Shown piece by piece: positions 43,401 to 52,511 of a stretch of 64,000 nucleotides of DNA (its first letter is position 1; the number at the start of each line of letters is the position of its first letter). The stretch is from a virus (Duplodnaviria > Caudoviricetes). The translations under genes were made by a program, and so were the position numbers. The DNA lies in the IMG/VR virus record IMGVR_UViG_2597490325_000001, positions 1-64,000 of that record; one strand, written 5' to 3'. The notes under the pieces were generated by a model. That model did no database searches. It had not been told where the DNA came from and worked only from the letters and a program-made list of their open reading frames with translations.

Positions 43401-45159
43401 TATTGCAGCAACTTTAGTAGAAGGTTTAGTTAAAGGTATTCTTACTACAGTAGTATCATTAATGGGTAACGTTGTTAACTCAGCAATGAACTTTGTAGGT
43501 GGTCTTGGTGTCGATATCAAGATGATGGCAGCTAGAGCTATCGTTGCTATTAAGAATAAAACTTTCCTACTTTCTGATGAAGAAGCTGAGAAACAGTACA
43601 AAGAACTGGATAAACAAGCGGCTGATGAAAAAGCTGCAATAGTAAGTTCTTCTAACACTATGGAATTCGTTAATGGCCTAACGAAAAGCATAGCTAGCTT
43701 TAGTGTTGCAGATAAAATACCTACTGGTATTGAATCTTCTTCAGTAATGCAAGAAAAACTTAATTATGAAAAATCCATGAAGGAATCTAATGGAGATAAA
43801 GCGAAAGCTAAAGATGCATTCATTAAATCTTATACTTCTGGTGGTAAATCTGCTAAAGAAGGTGAAGATGCATGGGCGTATCAGGAGCGTGCTCAAAATA
43901 TCAGAAATGGTACTGATGACGGCGTTAATACTCCAGAATATAAAGGATTCCAAGGAAGTATTTCTGAAGCCATAACTAAAGCTGCGAACGAAGAAGGTGT
44001 TCCAGTAGGCTTGATGATGACTATGGCCAAAATCGAGTCTAATGGTAATCCAAAAGCAATGTCTCCTGGGAATGGTACCTTTAAAGGCCTCTACCAGATG
44101 GGGCCGGATGCTTGGAAGGAAAACTCTCCAAACGTCAATGGTGACATCTTTGACCCTTATCTTAACTCTGTTGCTGCTGCTAGATTTATTAAGAAAAATA
44201 TCAATTACATGAAGTCCAAAGGGGTTCCAATTGATAATACTTCTGTTTATCTGGCTCACCAGCAAGGGCCAGGTGGTATAGTTAAGATTTATAATGCAGC
44301 TAAGAATGGTACTCCTCTTGATCAAACTACTATTCGTAATATGACAAATAACCGTCCACAGGATGGTAATAAGTCAGCTACATCTGACCCTAATGAGTTC
44401 TTACGTCGTTGGGCAGTTGCAGTTAAAAATAAAGGCGGTGGCGATAGCGGTGATTTAACTGATTCTCTACCAGCATTTAATGCTAATAGTGGTATAACTC
44501 AAGGTACTGCAAGTGCTATTTCCGGTATAAACAATGCTACAACTACGGCTACTGGTAGCTCAGGATTTGACCCTTCAGCACTCTTAATGGGTATGAGTAA
44601 AGGTCTAAACCCTAACTTAGTTTCTAGTACAGTAGAAGTTGAAACTGGTAATGGGCGTCCAAATGTAGGTAGTAATCCTAATAGACCAACTGCTCAAGTA
44701 GCAATGAAGTCTTCTATGAATGCTATGCCTACAACTGGTAGCGGTAATGTAACTGCAGGTGCTGCTACAGCTACGGCAAGTCCTTCTGTTACTTCTCAGG
44801 AAGTAGTTAAAGCTCAAGCTGTAAATAATGCTATAGTAACAGCTGATACAGCTAAATATTCTCAGATTAAAGACAATATCAATAATGCTGAAGCGAACTC
44901 CGTTCTAGCTAAATTGCTTGAGAAAACTAACGAAATTCTCACTGGTATTAAATCTGATACTGGCGTTGTCGCTGAAAATACTAAGCACGATGAAGTTACT
45001 GAGAGTATCCGTTATAGCAACCAGTCTTCTAATAAAACAGCTTCTCGTTCAGGTCAGGATGAACGTGTAGGCAGTAACAGAAGATTCTTTGAGAATGGCT
45101 TAGGCGACCTTTACCCAAGTGAAGGAGCTAAAAGAATTGCTCAAGGTGGTGCAAGTTAA
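37498..45159 (+). CDS. Tape-measure-like virion protein with C-terminal lytic transglycosylase
   Basis: 2553 aa; helical repeats; G/A-rich hydrophobic segment; AKIESNGNPKA..GLYQM..DPYLN..YLAHQQG SLT motifs. Confidence 0.85.
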   Translation: MAYLKGLATSLAKRVIPDVGNKIFGDELNTYKEIKDKVFTSREILRETQSNIKTTIQSFEGFSKVGRNLGRQVRSGKFGLTQDERDDIDMKAMGFDFDMDSLGDSLDNALEQDGNENSSGSSKASKNIIIPMMGKSSRGRNGGLDAGSALISERLAYITGIQAQIGQTQITLLQGLGSQLAGIGNFLSEQTVSHYQGTLEYQKLMSDNLSLSREVNDLMKEKLMAEKKAAEKKMATGSGIGWEGFDPTRIAKDINEGPLGMLFGEMSPLRGFFQQVSVDPLGTIMALGLAHGAGSLFGGAIDKAKGAFKTAGVRLQSTLEKWSATYDDSFTGMFKSWIGDTLRAKRESATVAKLGAYDKGAAQFDGTTRKAIVDVIPMYLAKILKAISGNSTHEVYDYNKGAFITSKAGAAEHVKNVKELRRGEFLGGISNELTGLRGDPSVSKSDFGKIRASMIRSASSLNSHEIKLDQVKMRDARLQETYDKYIKSLDEKSKASLYHSFQSHKYDVAAKLKDYQNSMYDENKGVETSAILEGVNPRILGYDAVEKANKRTKLDENERKKLKDRIKDSVKKKLNGIKDRRRGGGNPPPSGGAGDSGNSGGSDGDDDAAGDSWFKRWLGKFSGGKGFSLTSFTEGLVGTLTIGMNKLSRGFNRHILFPMKKALLGKDADTRTIARTPFIAAVGTKFDKTVLFPLKKVLLGGNEKQAESMNIFGAIQKSFDRNIVFPFKRTLLGKDTDVRTILKTSFIKSLGIRIDKSVLTPFKTMLLGGNKVKAEKVTFVTALKDTFKKNVVLPMKLALLGKDTDLKTLLKTPFTKAIGQRFEQSILNPLKGLLLGKHSTTNGGSVDPTKTGFFKALGLSFDRNIGRPIKTMLFGQGNRNKSFFKNIGETLSPFFNKLLFGSEKAEKAGFMANLKDFGSNVFKGFSDKFIKPIKDAFSDFFGKTMQDFIGTLRDSAKDFLGSLNINIGKGFKEGAKGFFKTVFGDETVKILRDNIVTPLNDVTKKLTSSIGMIAKLLLRVPANFIKGITNTLKLNRVKSGKGNYSDEEKARLLDMEKKGSLFNFLDVGNEESNKKISSLKNKVTGFLNRGKKATDGSSSANANVETLDTNSANAKGKTESISDRARNLFNRKGKASSVDGSNNPNTDADGNIISASSTNGKKGTKTGFIDGLRNRVSGKNSNSVDENGNPVEGGKSRFGIIERLPSRDKVGSLFGRGKGQNSEDSVQGSTKTKAGTLTGIPVGSGAKLGGIVGHLNAPKLASRVDTISKMSELTSASSAATAKSNMDILNFLKHHLSNTTQKLTKIVNAVAKGKTVSKISGEDKESVSFFRNPLKWAMRTSMKVLGFPLSMMKGMFSVGSKMVKGLMEVPKKIIGITVDLGTKLASMTLNVAASLTKGIFKAVDFVAQGIGKTIETIGKAVNSIVRSITSLIATSIDIAAKAAASLARGVLNATKAIGRGLLPAFEGLTAMVGRLGKGLFELGTLVIDGFVKSIKGTMKLAGRMASGLMGKVFGRDRKLSASFSSITNFKDLILATKKRPMHVYIEDGKVATYEYKPPTSTFFKDKVEDRSLLNSKRDKAKEKDNTSIFGKIANALGSLFSGGLLAKGLGALTGILKGGGIFGKILLAITVMSKGLMSLIGTIAKNVATLVFGRKAGDLIDNLPGRRGRGKLGRAGKAGNIADRYTAAKAEKQAIKDRASKAADKLANARNAVAEKQASAKTSGNKIAEKLANARKTVAEGGSLSRSGAGAAEGAANAAKSGGGMFSRAINGAKGFFTKAGERLATGGGIGGAVKGFGGRLLKGGWKGFGISAIGGGLADTFFDKGTAGNDVMGTGASYAGWGATIGSVIPGVGTAVGAIIGGLVGAVKGAIPHLIETFKKPIIGMTDYFAEIPDRISQYAQELPNKISGLVGKIPEMINGWFLGDAEETPKIDEKTGQVIQKKPGIMGSLFSSIGSAVMSVAKALPRIAATLVEGLVKGILTTVVSLMGNVVNSAMNFVGGLGVDIKMMAARAIVAIKNKTFLLSDEEAEKQYKELDKQAADEKAAIVSSSNTMEFVNGLTKSIASFSVADKIPTGIESSSVMQEKLNYEKSMKESNGDKAKAKDAFIKSYTSGGKSAKEGEDAWAYQERAQNIRNGTDDGVNTPEYKGFQGSISEAITKAANEEGVPVGLMMTMAKIESNGNPKAMSPGNGTFKGLYQMGPDAWKENSPNVNGDIFDPYLNSVAAARFIKKNINYMKSKGVPIDNTSVYLAHQQGPGGIVKIYNAAKNGTPLDQTTIRNMTNNRPQDGNKSATSDPNEFLRRWAVAVKNKGGGDSGDLTDSLPAFNANSGITQGTASAISGINNATTTATGSSGFDPSALLMGMSKGLNPNLVSSTVEVETGNGRPNVGSNPNRPTAQVAMKSSMNAMPTTGSGNVTAGAATATASPSVTSQEVVKAQAVNNAIVTADTAKYSQIKDNINNAEANSVLAKLLEKTNEILTGIKSDTGVVAENTKHDEVTESIRYSNQSSNKTASRSGQDERVGSNRRFFENGLGDLYPSEGAKRIAQGGAS

Positions 45160-45167
45160 TAGTTATT

Positions 45168-45180
45168 AACACTTAAATAG
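45168..45180 (+). promoter_or_regulatory. Late-type promoter directly upstream of a terminator-like hairpin
   Basis: AACActtaaaTAG, then hairpin 45184-45213 and T-run. Confidence 0.7.
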
Positions 45181-45242
45181 TATATCCCCTGTAGGTTATT
45201 TCCTACAGGGGATTCTTTTTTATGATCTTCAAGGAGAAAATC

Positions 45243-45602
45243 ATGGGTGATATTTCAACTCACTTTAATAGAAAAGAATTTGCATGTAAATGTGGATGTG
45301 GTTTTAATGCCGTAGACAAAGAGCTATTAGAAGTAATTGAAGATGTTCGTACTCACTTCGGGAAACCATTGATTATTAATTCAGCTAATCGTTGTGAAAG
45401 CCATAATGCTAAAGAAGGCGGTTCTAAGAACAGCCAACATCTTAAAGGTATGGCAGCGGATATTCGCATTAATGGCGTAACTCCTAATTCAGTAGCGACC
45501 TATTTACTTAATAAATATCCTAATAAATATGGTATCGGTATGTATAATACTTTTACTCATATTGATGTAAGAACTGTTAAGTCTAGATGGGATTATCGTT
45601 AA
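45243..45602 (+). CDS. Peptidase M15A endolysin/peptidoglycan peptidase
   Basis: HFNRKEFACKCG, SANRC..HN, SQHLKGMAADI, HIDVR; AGGAG RBS favours a 45243 start. Confidence 0.88.
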   Translation: MGDISTHFNRKEFACKCGCGFNAVDKELLEVIEDVRTHFGKPLIINSANRCESHNAKEGGSKNSQHLKGMAADIRINGVTPNSVATYLLNKYPNKYGIGMYNTFTHIDVRTVKSRWDYR

Positions 45603-45612
45603 GAGGTAGTAA

Positions 45613-46986
45613 ATGGAAATCATCAACACAGCGATGAACGCATTAAATACTGCTACGTCATTTGTATCAGGTGTTTCAAACTCCAATACTGGTAAAAGTT
45701 TTGCGGTTGGTGATAACCCTTACTCAAATCTTTACAATGACTCTGCAGGATTTATTTTTGGTAAGCCTTTAGCATTTAATCCTAAAGCTGACCCAAACCA
45801 AAGAGTATTCCAAAGAACCCTCTTAAGAAATGATACTATTGTAAACTTTGTTCCGGGCGTACCATATACAAACCAAAGTATGGTGGATCAGGCTAATACA
45901 ATACTAACTGCACATAGAGAGAAATTAGATATTCTTCTAAACTCTCCGGTTCCTGATGAGAGAGCCATAGCTAATCTTTGTCAAGATACTCAAGATGCTT
46001 TATTATCTCAGCAGTGTGATTTACGTTATTACACTTTTAAACAAGATGTAGCAGGTTTCTTAAGAGCCTTACAGATAATGGTTAACCGAGTAGGCACCTC
46101 TGTATTCGGCTGGAATCAAGGTGTTTCTGGATTCGTATCTGACTTAGTAGCATCTAATGTATCTGAAGATATGATGCTACGTGGATTTAAAGTATGGGTT
46201 GATAAAGCTACCTCTATCTCTGAATCAGTAGATAACAGTTTTACTCAGTCGGTATTAGAAAGTACTCAAAAGAGTATATCTAGTGCAGTTAAACAAGCTA
46301 GATTCTTAGGTGGTGCTGCTAATATAGCTGGCATGAATGCTGAATCAGTAGTCAAATCTTCTGATGCAAATCTTGAAGCAGTTGGTAATATGAACGAATT
46401 AGCAAGCCGTACATTAGCTGGTTCTTCCTTCCAATTCCCCCAAGTATTTGATGATAGTAAATTCTCCAGAAGCTATGAGCTATACTTCAGATTTATGTCA
46501 CCATATGGTGATGATAGAAGTGTATTCTATCATGTATTATTTCCATTCTTAGCAATGCTAACTGCAGCATTACCTAGACAAGATAATATCTCCGGCTATA
46601 CCTCTCCATTCATTATGCAAGTCGATGCTCCCGGATACTTTAGTTGTCCTATGGGTGTAGTAACAGCACTGTCTTTCATCAAAGGCGGCGATGAGAAGTT
46701 ATTCAATAATAGAGGTTTACCGTTAATTATTGAAGGTACATTATCTATTCAAGATTTGTACTCTAACTTAAGCCTACCTTTAAGTTTTGATCAGTTTGCT
46801 ACAAACTTAGGTACTTCCGCTTTCCTTAGTAATATGGGTGGTATGAGCCTTTATTCAGTTATGGATGTTAGTGCAAGAAACTATGTACAGAACTGGTCTA
46901 AAGATACATTGACTAAATTCATTCAACCATATAACTGGATGAATGAAGAATCCCTTAAAGTTCGTCGTTATTTCGGTCTTTATTAA
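45613..46986 (+). CDS. Baseplate hub/tail-tube initiator-like structural protein
   Basis: FPQVFDDSKFSRSY..F..YTSPF..MGVVTALSF pattern; position after tape measure. Confidence 0.6.
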   Translation: MEIINTAMNALNTATSFVSGVSNSNTGKSFAVGDNPYSNLYNDSAGFIFGKPLAFNPKADPNQRVFQRTLLRNDTIVNFVPGVPYTNQSMVDQANTILTAHREKLDILLNSPVPDERAIANLCQDTQDALLSQQCDLRYYTFKQDVAGFLRALQIMVNRVGTSVFGWNQGVSGFVSDLVASNVSEDMMLRGFKVWVDKATSISESVDNSFTQSVLESTQKSISSAVKQARFLGGAANIAGMNAESVVKSSDANLEAVGNMNELASRTLAGSSFQFPQVFDDSKFSRSYELYFRFMSPYGDDRSVFYHVLFPFLAMLTAALPRQDNISGYTSPFIMQVDAPGYFSCPMGVVTALSFIKGGDEKLFNNRGLPLIIEGTLSIQDLYSNLSLPLSFDQFATNLGTSAFLSNMGGMSLYSVMDVSARNYVQNWSKDTLTKFIQPYNWMNEESLKVRRYFGLY

Positions 46987-47028
46987 CATTAAAATAGTGA
47001 ATTTTTTATTAAATAAAGGATCTTTTTA

Positions 47029-47565
47029 ATGTTTGAACCTACTGAGCTAATGACAGATCTTGCAAGCACTCTAATGGAAGAACTCGATCTTACTGATAAA
47101 GATTCTGATATCATTGAATCCGAATATGAAAAATATATGGATTTAGATAGCTATCAGAAGATTGAGTTTACCTATTATGGTACTCCAAAAGCACAAGCTA
47201 GGGCAAGGATTACTAGTAATTTTACTCACTTCTTTGACCCTGATAAATCGTTTAAACAGTTTGTAAATGAGCAGGTTAGATTTGCTATCGGAAATGATTT
47301 TAAACCTATCAGTAAAGAAATTTACTTTACTGCTCGTTTCTACAGACAAACCCCTAAAAAATTACGTAAGAAAGATATAGTTCTTGCAGAATTAGGTATT
47401 ATTCGTCCAACTACTAAACCGGACTTGGACAACTATGAGAAATTGTTTTATGATGCATTAAATGGATTCTTATATACAGATGATGGTGTAATTATTCATG
47501 GTAATCATTCCAAATTCTTTAGTTGCAAGCCTAGAGTAGAAGTTACTATCCTATATAGGAAATAA
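47029..47565 (+). CDS. rusA: RusA-family Holliday junction resolvase
   Basis: PKAQARAR, RPTTKPDLDNYEK..DALNG..YTDD; late promoter at 46985-46997. Confidence 0.88.
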   Translation: MFEPTELMTDLASTLMEELDLTDKDSDIIESEYEKYMDLDSYQKIEFTYYGTPKAQARARITSNFTHFFDPDKSFKQFVNEQVRFAIGNDFKPISKEIYFTARFYRQTPKKLRKKDIVLAELGIIRPTTKPDLDNYEKLFYDALNGFLYTDDGVIIHGNHSKFFSCKPRVEVTILYRK

Positions 47566-47566
47566 C

Positions 47567-48997
47567 ATGGCTGATGTATTCATAAAGAATATACCTTTAA
47601 CTTTCCTGAAGGAACAAGGAAGTTCCTTTTTTGAAAGCGATAGGTATAAAAATGCAGTAAATCTTTTCAATAAAATTAAAGAATCTTCATCATCTGAGCC
47701 AGGTGATGAAGAACCTACTTCGATTTTACCTTTTAGCTACATGGAAGATGTATTAGTTAAAAGATTTAATGATGAAGAAATTACAGATATTACTATGGAA
47801 GATCAACAAAACCGAGTAATAGCTGTACTTTATGGAATTTATGATACTAAACCTATCGAAACAGTTCCTAAAATCAATATAACGAAATGTACTTCTTCTC
47901 TTCCAGATATGTCTTATTATCTAGAACCATATTATGGTCAAGAGATACTTAAAAGAGCTAGAAATACATATAATGGGTTAACTCATAATGATATTTCAGT
48001 AGATAGTTCTCTACTCCCTCCTGAAAAAACAAATGATCCTGTTAAAGATGTTGCTACCAAATCTACTTATTATGATGGAATTCTCCATCCAGATATGTAC
48101 GATGATAAAAAGTATACTCAGTATATTCTGTCATCAATAGCTGGAGGTACTAATATTTCTATAAGTAGTGGTGATACTATAGACCTTTATAGAAATAAAG
48201 TATATAATAAGTATTATTTTAATGACAATGTTTTACTTGCATCCATAGAAGATTTAAAAACTAGACTCGTAGATAAGTTTTTAGTGGCTATAGGTAAATC
48301 AACTTATATTAGTAATGAGGAAGTTGCATATTCCCATTCTACGTTCCAAGCAGATGTTACGAATAATATAAAACGATTATTCAGTAGAAAGACTCTTCCA
48401 GGAAGATTAAGTACATACTTCTTTGAACAAAATGAGTTGTTAGCTAAATGGGAAATATCTCATGGATTAGGAATTTCTAATTATAGATTATTTGTATATG
48501 AAAGAACTAGTTCAGGGTATACGTATTTAAATGAGTTTACGACTTCAAATAAAACATCTGAAAGTTTTGATATAACCTTTAATGTTGCCAAAGAAGGTTT
48601 AGCTGTATTGGTATTCGATACATATAGTGAAACTAATATCAATTCTATAAACTTTAGACAATATATTGATATAACTAATGGCGACCTTGATAGCACTAGT
48701 TATTATAAATATGAAAATGGTATTCATAAATATTATATTGATGGAATATCTGTAAGACTTTGTGGATTTGAAATTTATGATATTTCAAATAATCTTCTAA
48801 AGAATGATGAATTCACATTACAAATAATTCCAGATACTGATGAATTATGGATTACTACTGATAAAGTGCTTAGTGATACATCATTAATTTACTTACATGG
48901 TGCCAAAAATTGTACTGGTTCGAATACAATTAAAGTAGATAGTATTGAAGATATCTATTCTGTACAAGAAATAATTAACCGTTATAAGGTGGTATAA
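47567..48997 (+). CDS. Hypothetical structural protein
   Basis: 476-aa ORF in late operon. Confidence 0.7.
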   Translation: MADVFIKNIPLTFLKEQGSSFFESDRYKNAVNLFNKIKESSSSEPGDEEPTSILPFSYMEDVLVKRFNDEEITDITMEDQQNRVIAVLYGIYDTKPIETVPKINITKCTSSLPDMSYYLEPYYGQEILKRARNTYNGLTHNDISVDSSLLPPEKTNDPVKDVATKSTYYDGILHPDMYDDKKYTQYILSSIAGGTNISISSGDTIDLYRNKVYNKYYFNDNVLLASIEDLKTRLVDKFLVAIGKSTYISNEEVAYSHSTFQADVTNNIKRLFSRKTLPGRLSTYFFEQNELLAKWEISHGLGISNYRLFVYERTSSGYTYLNEFTTSNKTSESFDITFNVAKEGLAVLVFDTYSETNINSINFRQYIDITNGDLDSTSYYKYENGIHKYYIDGISVRLCGFEIYDISNNLLKNDEFTLQIIPDTDELWITTDKVLSDTSLIYLHGAKNCTGSNTIKVDSIEDIYSVQEIINRYKVV

Positions 48998-49257
48998 TGG
49001 AAAGTACTGAAAGGCTATCGTATCTAGATAACCGACAACTAAATGAATCGGTTAAACGAATTGTTACAACTGCTGTAGAAAATTATGTAAAAGTACAGCA
49101 AAGTAATGCTGATTCAAATAGTAATGTAACTGATAGGGCTATTGAGGCTTTAAAAAATCAATTATTCTTAAAATTTACTGGAATAGACTATGAACTCCTT
49201 TTCCAATCAGTTTATTTAGATAGAAAATTGAATGGAGGTTTTACTATTTATGAGTAA
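48997..49257 (+). CDS. Hypothetical protein
   Basis: TAATG-coupled 86-aa ORF. Confidence 0.7.
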   Translation: MESTERLSYLDNRQLNESVKRIVTTAVENYVKVQQSNADSNSNVTDRAIEALKNQLFLKFTGIDYELLFQSVYLDRKLNGGFTIYE

Positions 49258-50344
49258 GCCATGTAGTCTTAACTGTTATGGAAATACTAAAGAGGATGTG
49301 GTAAATTCATTAAAAGAAAATCTACCAATGAATCTTTTAAATTTCCTATTAGGTCTATTAAATTGCGCCAATAATAACACATTAAAAAATGCCTTTGGTA
49401 ATTGGAACGGCTTAAATATCTTTGCTATGCAAAAGTTAGTAGATGATATTAATGATGTTAATAACGGTGGTGGTAGGTATGATATATCAGATTATAATAA
49501 TATCCCTGACAATATTTACAATAATCTGATAAATGATTATAATGATCTTCTGTGTAGAGGTCAAGGTGGCGGTCTTATTGATATAGATGATAAATATAAT
49601 GGTAATGGTGACGGTAGTTATGTTAGACCTCTCTTCCCAGATGGTCTAACTGATGCCGACAAAGACCTTATAATTGATCATTTAAATAATAATAACAATG
49701 GTAATGATAATATTAATAATGGTGAAAATAACTTAGTTATCGTTCCCCCTGATTATACAGATGGGAGCGGTACAGGTTCAGGTTCAACTAATGATGATAT
49801 TTTTGGTGAGTCAGGCAATCCTATTTATAATATACCTAATTATGAATTCGATAATGGTATAGATATAAATAAAAGTGTATTTAAATGCTTTGAACCAGTT
49901 TTTAAACTAGATAACTACATCTATTCTAATTCAGAAAAACTATTCATAACTCCTACTAAAGTAGCCAATATCAAGCGCGTTCACAATGAAATTTTACTAC
50001 CTTTATATAATTTCTACTATGGTAATACGACAGCCCCTTCCTGTCAGATTAAAGTGTTCTTTGGTATAGGAAGTCGCTCAGAAATTAACAGCGTAGCTGC
50101 AGGTAGTAGCTTTAGCCGTCATAGTAGAGGTGAAGCAGTTGACTTTACAATGGTTGGTATAGATTATAAGAAATTTCTTAGTGATTTGAAGAGTGGTTCA
50201 TTAAATCTTAATTTCGGTATTCTTATTCCAAGTAACGGAATACATATGACTTTACCTTATACTTATGAGGGTTATACTATACAGAATACTGTAATAAACT
50301 CCCCAAGTAAATCTGCTAATAGTCTTTCAATAGAATACCTATAA
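49232..50344 (+). CDS. N/D/G-rich protein with a C-terminal M15-like peptidase domain
   Basis: FSRHSRGEAVDF...GIHM; true start probably ~49250. Confidence 0.6.
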   Translation: MEVLLFMSKPCSLNCYGNTKEDVVNSLKENLPMNLLNFLLGLLNCANNNTLKNAFGNWNGLNIFAMQKLVDDINDVNNGGGRYDISDYNNIPDNIYNNLINDYNDLLCRGQGGGLIDIDDKYNGNGDGSYVRPLFPDGLTDADKDLIIDHLNNNNNGNDNINNGENNLVIVPPDYTDGSGTGSGSTNDDIFGESGNPIYNIPNYEFDNGIDINKSVFKCFEPVFKLDNYIYSNSEKLFITPTKVANIKRVHNEILLPLYNFYYGNTTAPSCQIKVFFGIGSRSEINSVAAGSSFSRHSRGEAVDFTMVGIDYKKFLSDLKSGSLNLNFGILIPSNGIHMTLPYTYEGYTIQNTVINSPSKSANSLSIEYL

Positions 50345-50399
50345 AAAATAACTAGTTGAACCTCTTTTTAGAAATCAATTCACCTCAGAAGGTCTTACA

Positions 50400-51002
50400 A
50401 TGTTGGACGAAAGCTTACTTGAGAGTGAAGATAATAAAAAGCTTTCCGAACAGATCCTACTGTTTAGAAAAACCTTATCTTCTCTCATCAACAGAGATAA
50501 CTTAGTAGTAATTATTCGTGAATTAGTAGAAGAATCACCATACCTTTCTTTCACTTCTAAACGAGCAGCTAAATTTATTGATAAGATCAGACCATCTGTG
50601 TCTGTAAACTTTGATCTAGAATTAGCTGAGAAAAATTTTCCTAAGAAGGTTTTTCGATTGGCAGGAAAAGAGACTCTTCTAAAAGAAGTTCTTACTAACC
50701 GTCAGCGTTTAATTCACGATGAAATAGCCTTCCCTCTTTCCAGAGCATTAGGTGTAATCCTAGCCCGTGTGTCTAAAAAGAAAGAAGCTGAAGAAGAAAG
50801 ATACATCCAAATTGCAGATCGTCTTATTGAAGGTCTGGATATGGAAGGTATTGAGAATCGTATTTCAGATGTAATCAAAGAAGATCCAGAAATGGGAGAT
50901 CTAATGTTCTCCTTCATGAATCTTTCGGCATGTATGTTCCCTACTTACGAGGGTGCAGATGTTGATGAAGATCTAGAAGTATTATTCTCTTATATGATTT
51001 AA
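50400..51002 (+). CDS. Hypothetical protein (N-terminal LLE)
   Basis: Late-promoter variant AACCtcttttTAG at 50359; hairpin downstream. Confidence 0.75.
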   Translation: MLDESLLESEDNKKLSEQILLFRKTLSSLINRDNLVVIIRELVEESPYLSFTSKRAAKFIDKIRPSVSVNFDLELAEKNFPKKVFRLAGKETLLKEVLTNRQRLIHDEIAFPLSRALGVILARVSKKKEAEEERYIQIADRLIEGLDMEGIENRISDVIKEDPEMGDLMFSFMNLSACMFPTYEGADVDEDLEVLFSYMI

Positions 51003-51123
51003 TTTTTCCCCTATAGTCTATCAAGGCTATAGGGGAATTTTAACTTTCTCATCAAGGATATATTATCTTTGTGATCAAATGTGAGGGCGGTCGGGTAGGT
51101 AAATTTTTTTAAAGGGCTTTTTA

Positions 51124-51738
51124 ATGAAACAAAGTATACTTAATGTAATTGAAAAATCACCATCACTTTTTTTAATGTCTATTGAAGATTTAATGAATAT
51201 CGAAATTAGCTCTAGTGAATTAAATATAATTAGGAGAGCTTTATTGAATATTCATGTTAGCGAAAGAGAACTTCTTTCGGTAAGTACAAATTTGGTAACT
51301 GAAAAGCTTATTGAAGTTATAAAGAACTATGATAGTCATTTTTATACTGAAACCATTATATTTATTTCTATCGGATTAACTATGTTACACTCCCTAAAGT
51401 ATAATGATTTCTTATTATCCTTGGCAGTATCATACTCTAAAGTTACGAATGACCGTATAAAACCAAAAAAGGTTACTAACCTTATAAAAGAATTTGCACC
51501 TGCGGAGTTATTCCTTTCATTTACAAGAGACATTAAGTTGTCTCCTAGCCAAAGAAGTATACTAGGATTTATTCATAATAATATGCTTTTTAGAGTTTCG
51601 CAATCAGAAATGTCTTATATAGCTTCCCTACCAGATATTAATAATCTTTTGAACACTCGAATTAGTAAACTCACTAAAATTATTCCATTAGAAGATATAC
51701 TTAAAATTCAAAACGAGGTAAAAAACAATGCAAACTAA
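51124..51738 (+). CDS. Hypothetical early protein
   Basis: Early box at 51058. Confidence 0.75.
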   Translation: MKQSILNVIEKSPSLFLMSIEDLMNIEISSSELNIIRRALLNIHVSERELLSVSTNLVTEKLIEVIKNYDSHFYTETIIFISIGLTMLHSLKYNDFLLSLAVSYSKVTNDRIKPKKVTNLIKEFAPAELFLSFTRDIKLSPSQRSILGFIHNNMLFRVSQSEMSYIASLPDINNLLNTRISKLTKIIPLEDILKIQNEVKNNAN

Positions 51739-52423
51739 TAAATATACTGCTTTGTGTGAAGGTCTTTCCCTCCCACCAAAAGTATTTAAAACACTATATA
51801 ATACCGAAGAAATTGAAGCAGTATTATCTCTCTTTGATAGAGTAGGATATGATGAGGAAGGTAATATTGGTTATGATGAAGATGATTTTACTGATTTAGA
51901 ATTAGATATCTTAAATGGTATAAGAGCTAAAGAGAATCAATTTGGTATAGTGGCTAATATGATTGAGGCTACCATTACTTGCTTCTTAGGTATTATGATG
52001 ACTGATAAAGATTTCATTAAAAATCTAGCCGAAGTCATTGAACCCGCTTTAATTGATACCGACAAACGTTCTGTTAAACAGATCTCTACTAGTATTGATA
52101 GGTTATTTACATTATTCTCTTTCAGAGAATTAACTATGTCTCCGCCATCATATTCTAAAGTGCTAAGTAATATTGGTAGTGATATGGATACTGTAAAAAT
52201 ATTAGATATCATTAATCATATGGAATTAGCTTTAGGTGAAGATATCCACGATATTATGAATTCTTTTGCTGGATTTACTTTATTCATTGAAACGGTTATT
52301 CCAGAAGCTATAATTGATCCAGTTACAAATCATGGCATTTTCCGTTCAGAACTCTTAGATGAAGTTGATGTTGAAGAGATTATGGGTGCTGATGATTCCT
52401 CTTCAGGTGAAACAATTCATTAA
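51728..52423 (+). CDS. Hypothetical acidic protein
   Basis: 231-aa ORF overlapping the upstream gene. Confidence 0.75.
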   Translation: MQTNKYTALCEGLSLPPKVFKTLYNTEEIEAVLSLFDRVGYDEEGNIGYDEDDFTDLELDILNGIRAKENQFGIVANMIEATITCFLGIMMTDKDFIKNLAEVIEPALIDTDKRSVKQISTSIDRLFTLFSFRELTMSPPSYSKVLSNIGSDMDTVKILDIINHMELALGEDIHDIMNSFAGFTLFIETVIPEAIIDPVTNHGIFRSELLDEVDVEEIMGADDSSSGETIH

Positions 52424-52511
52424 AAAATATAACTTCCCTATCATTGATATATTATTTTAATGTGAAATTTTGTGGAGGTAGGGTAGGTTAATTTTTTATA
52501 AGGAAGAGCCA

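Noticed and set aside
38006-44817. Long antisense ORFs inside the tape-measure gene (e.g. 39120-40106, 42126-42938)
   Set aside because: Shadow frames caused by sense-strand codon bias; no promoter, RBS or recognisable motifs
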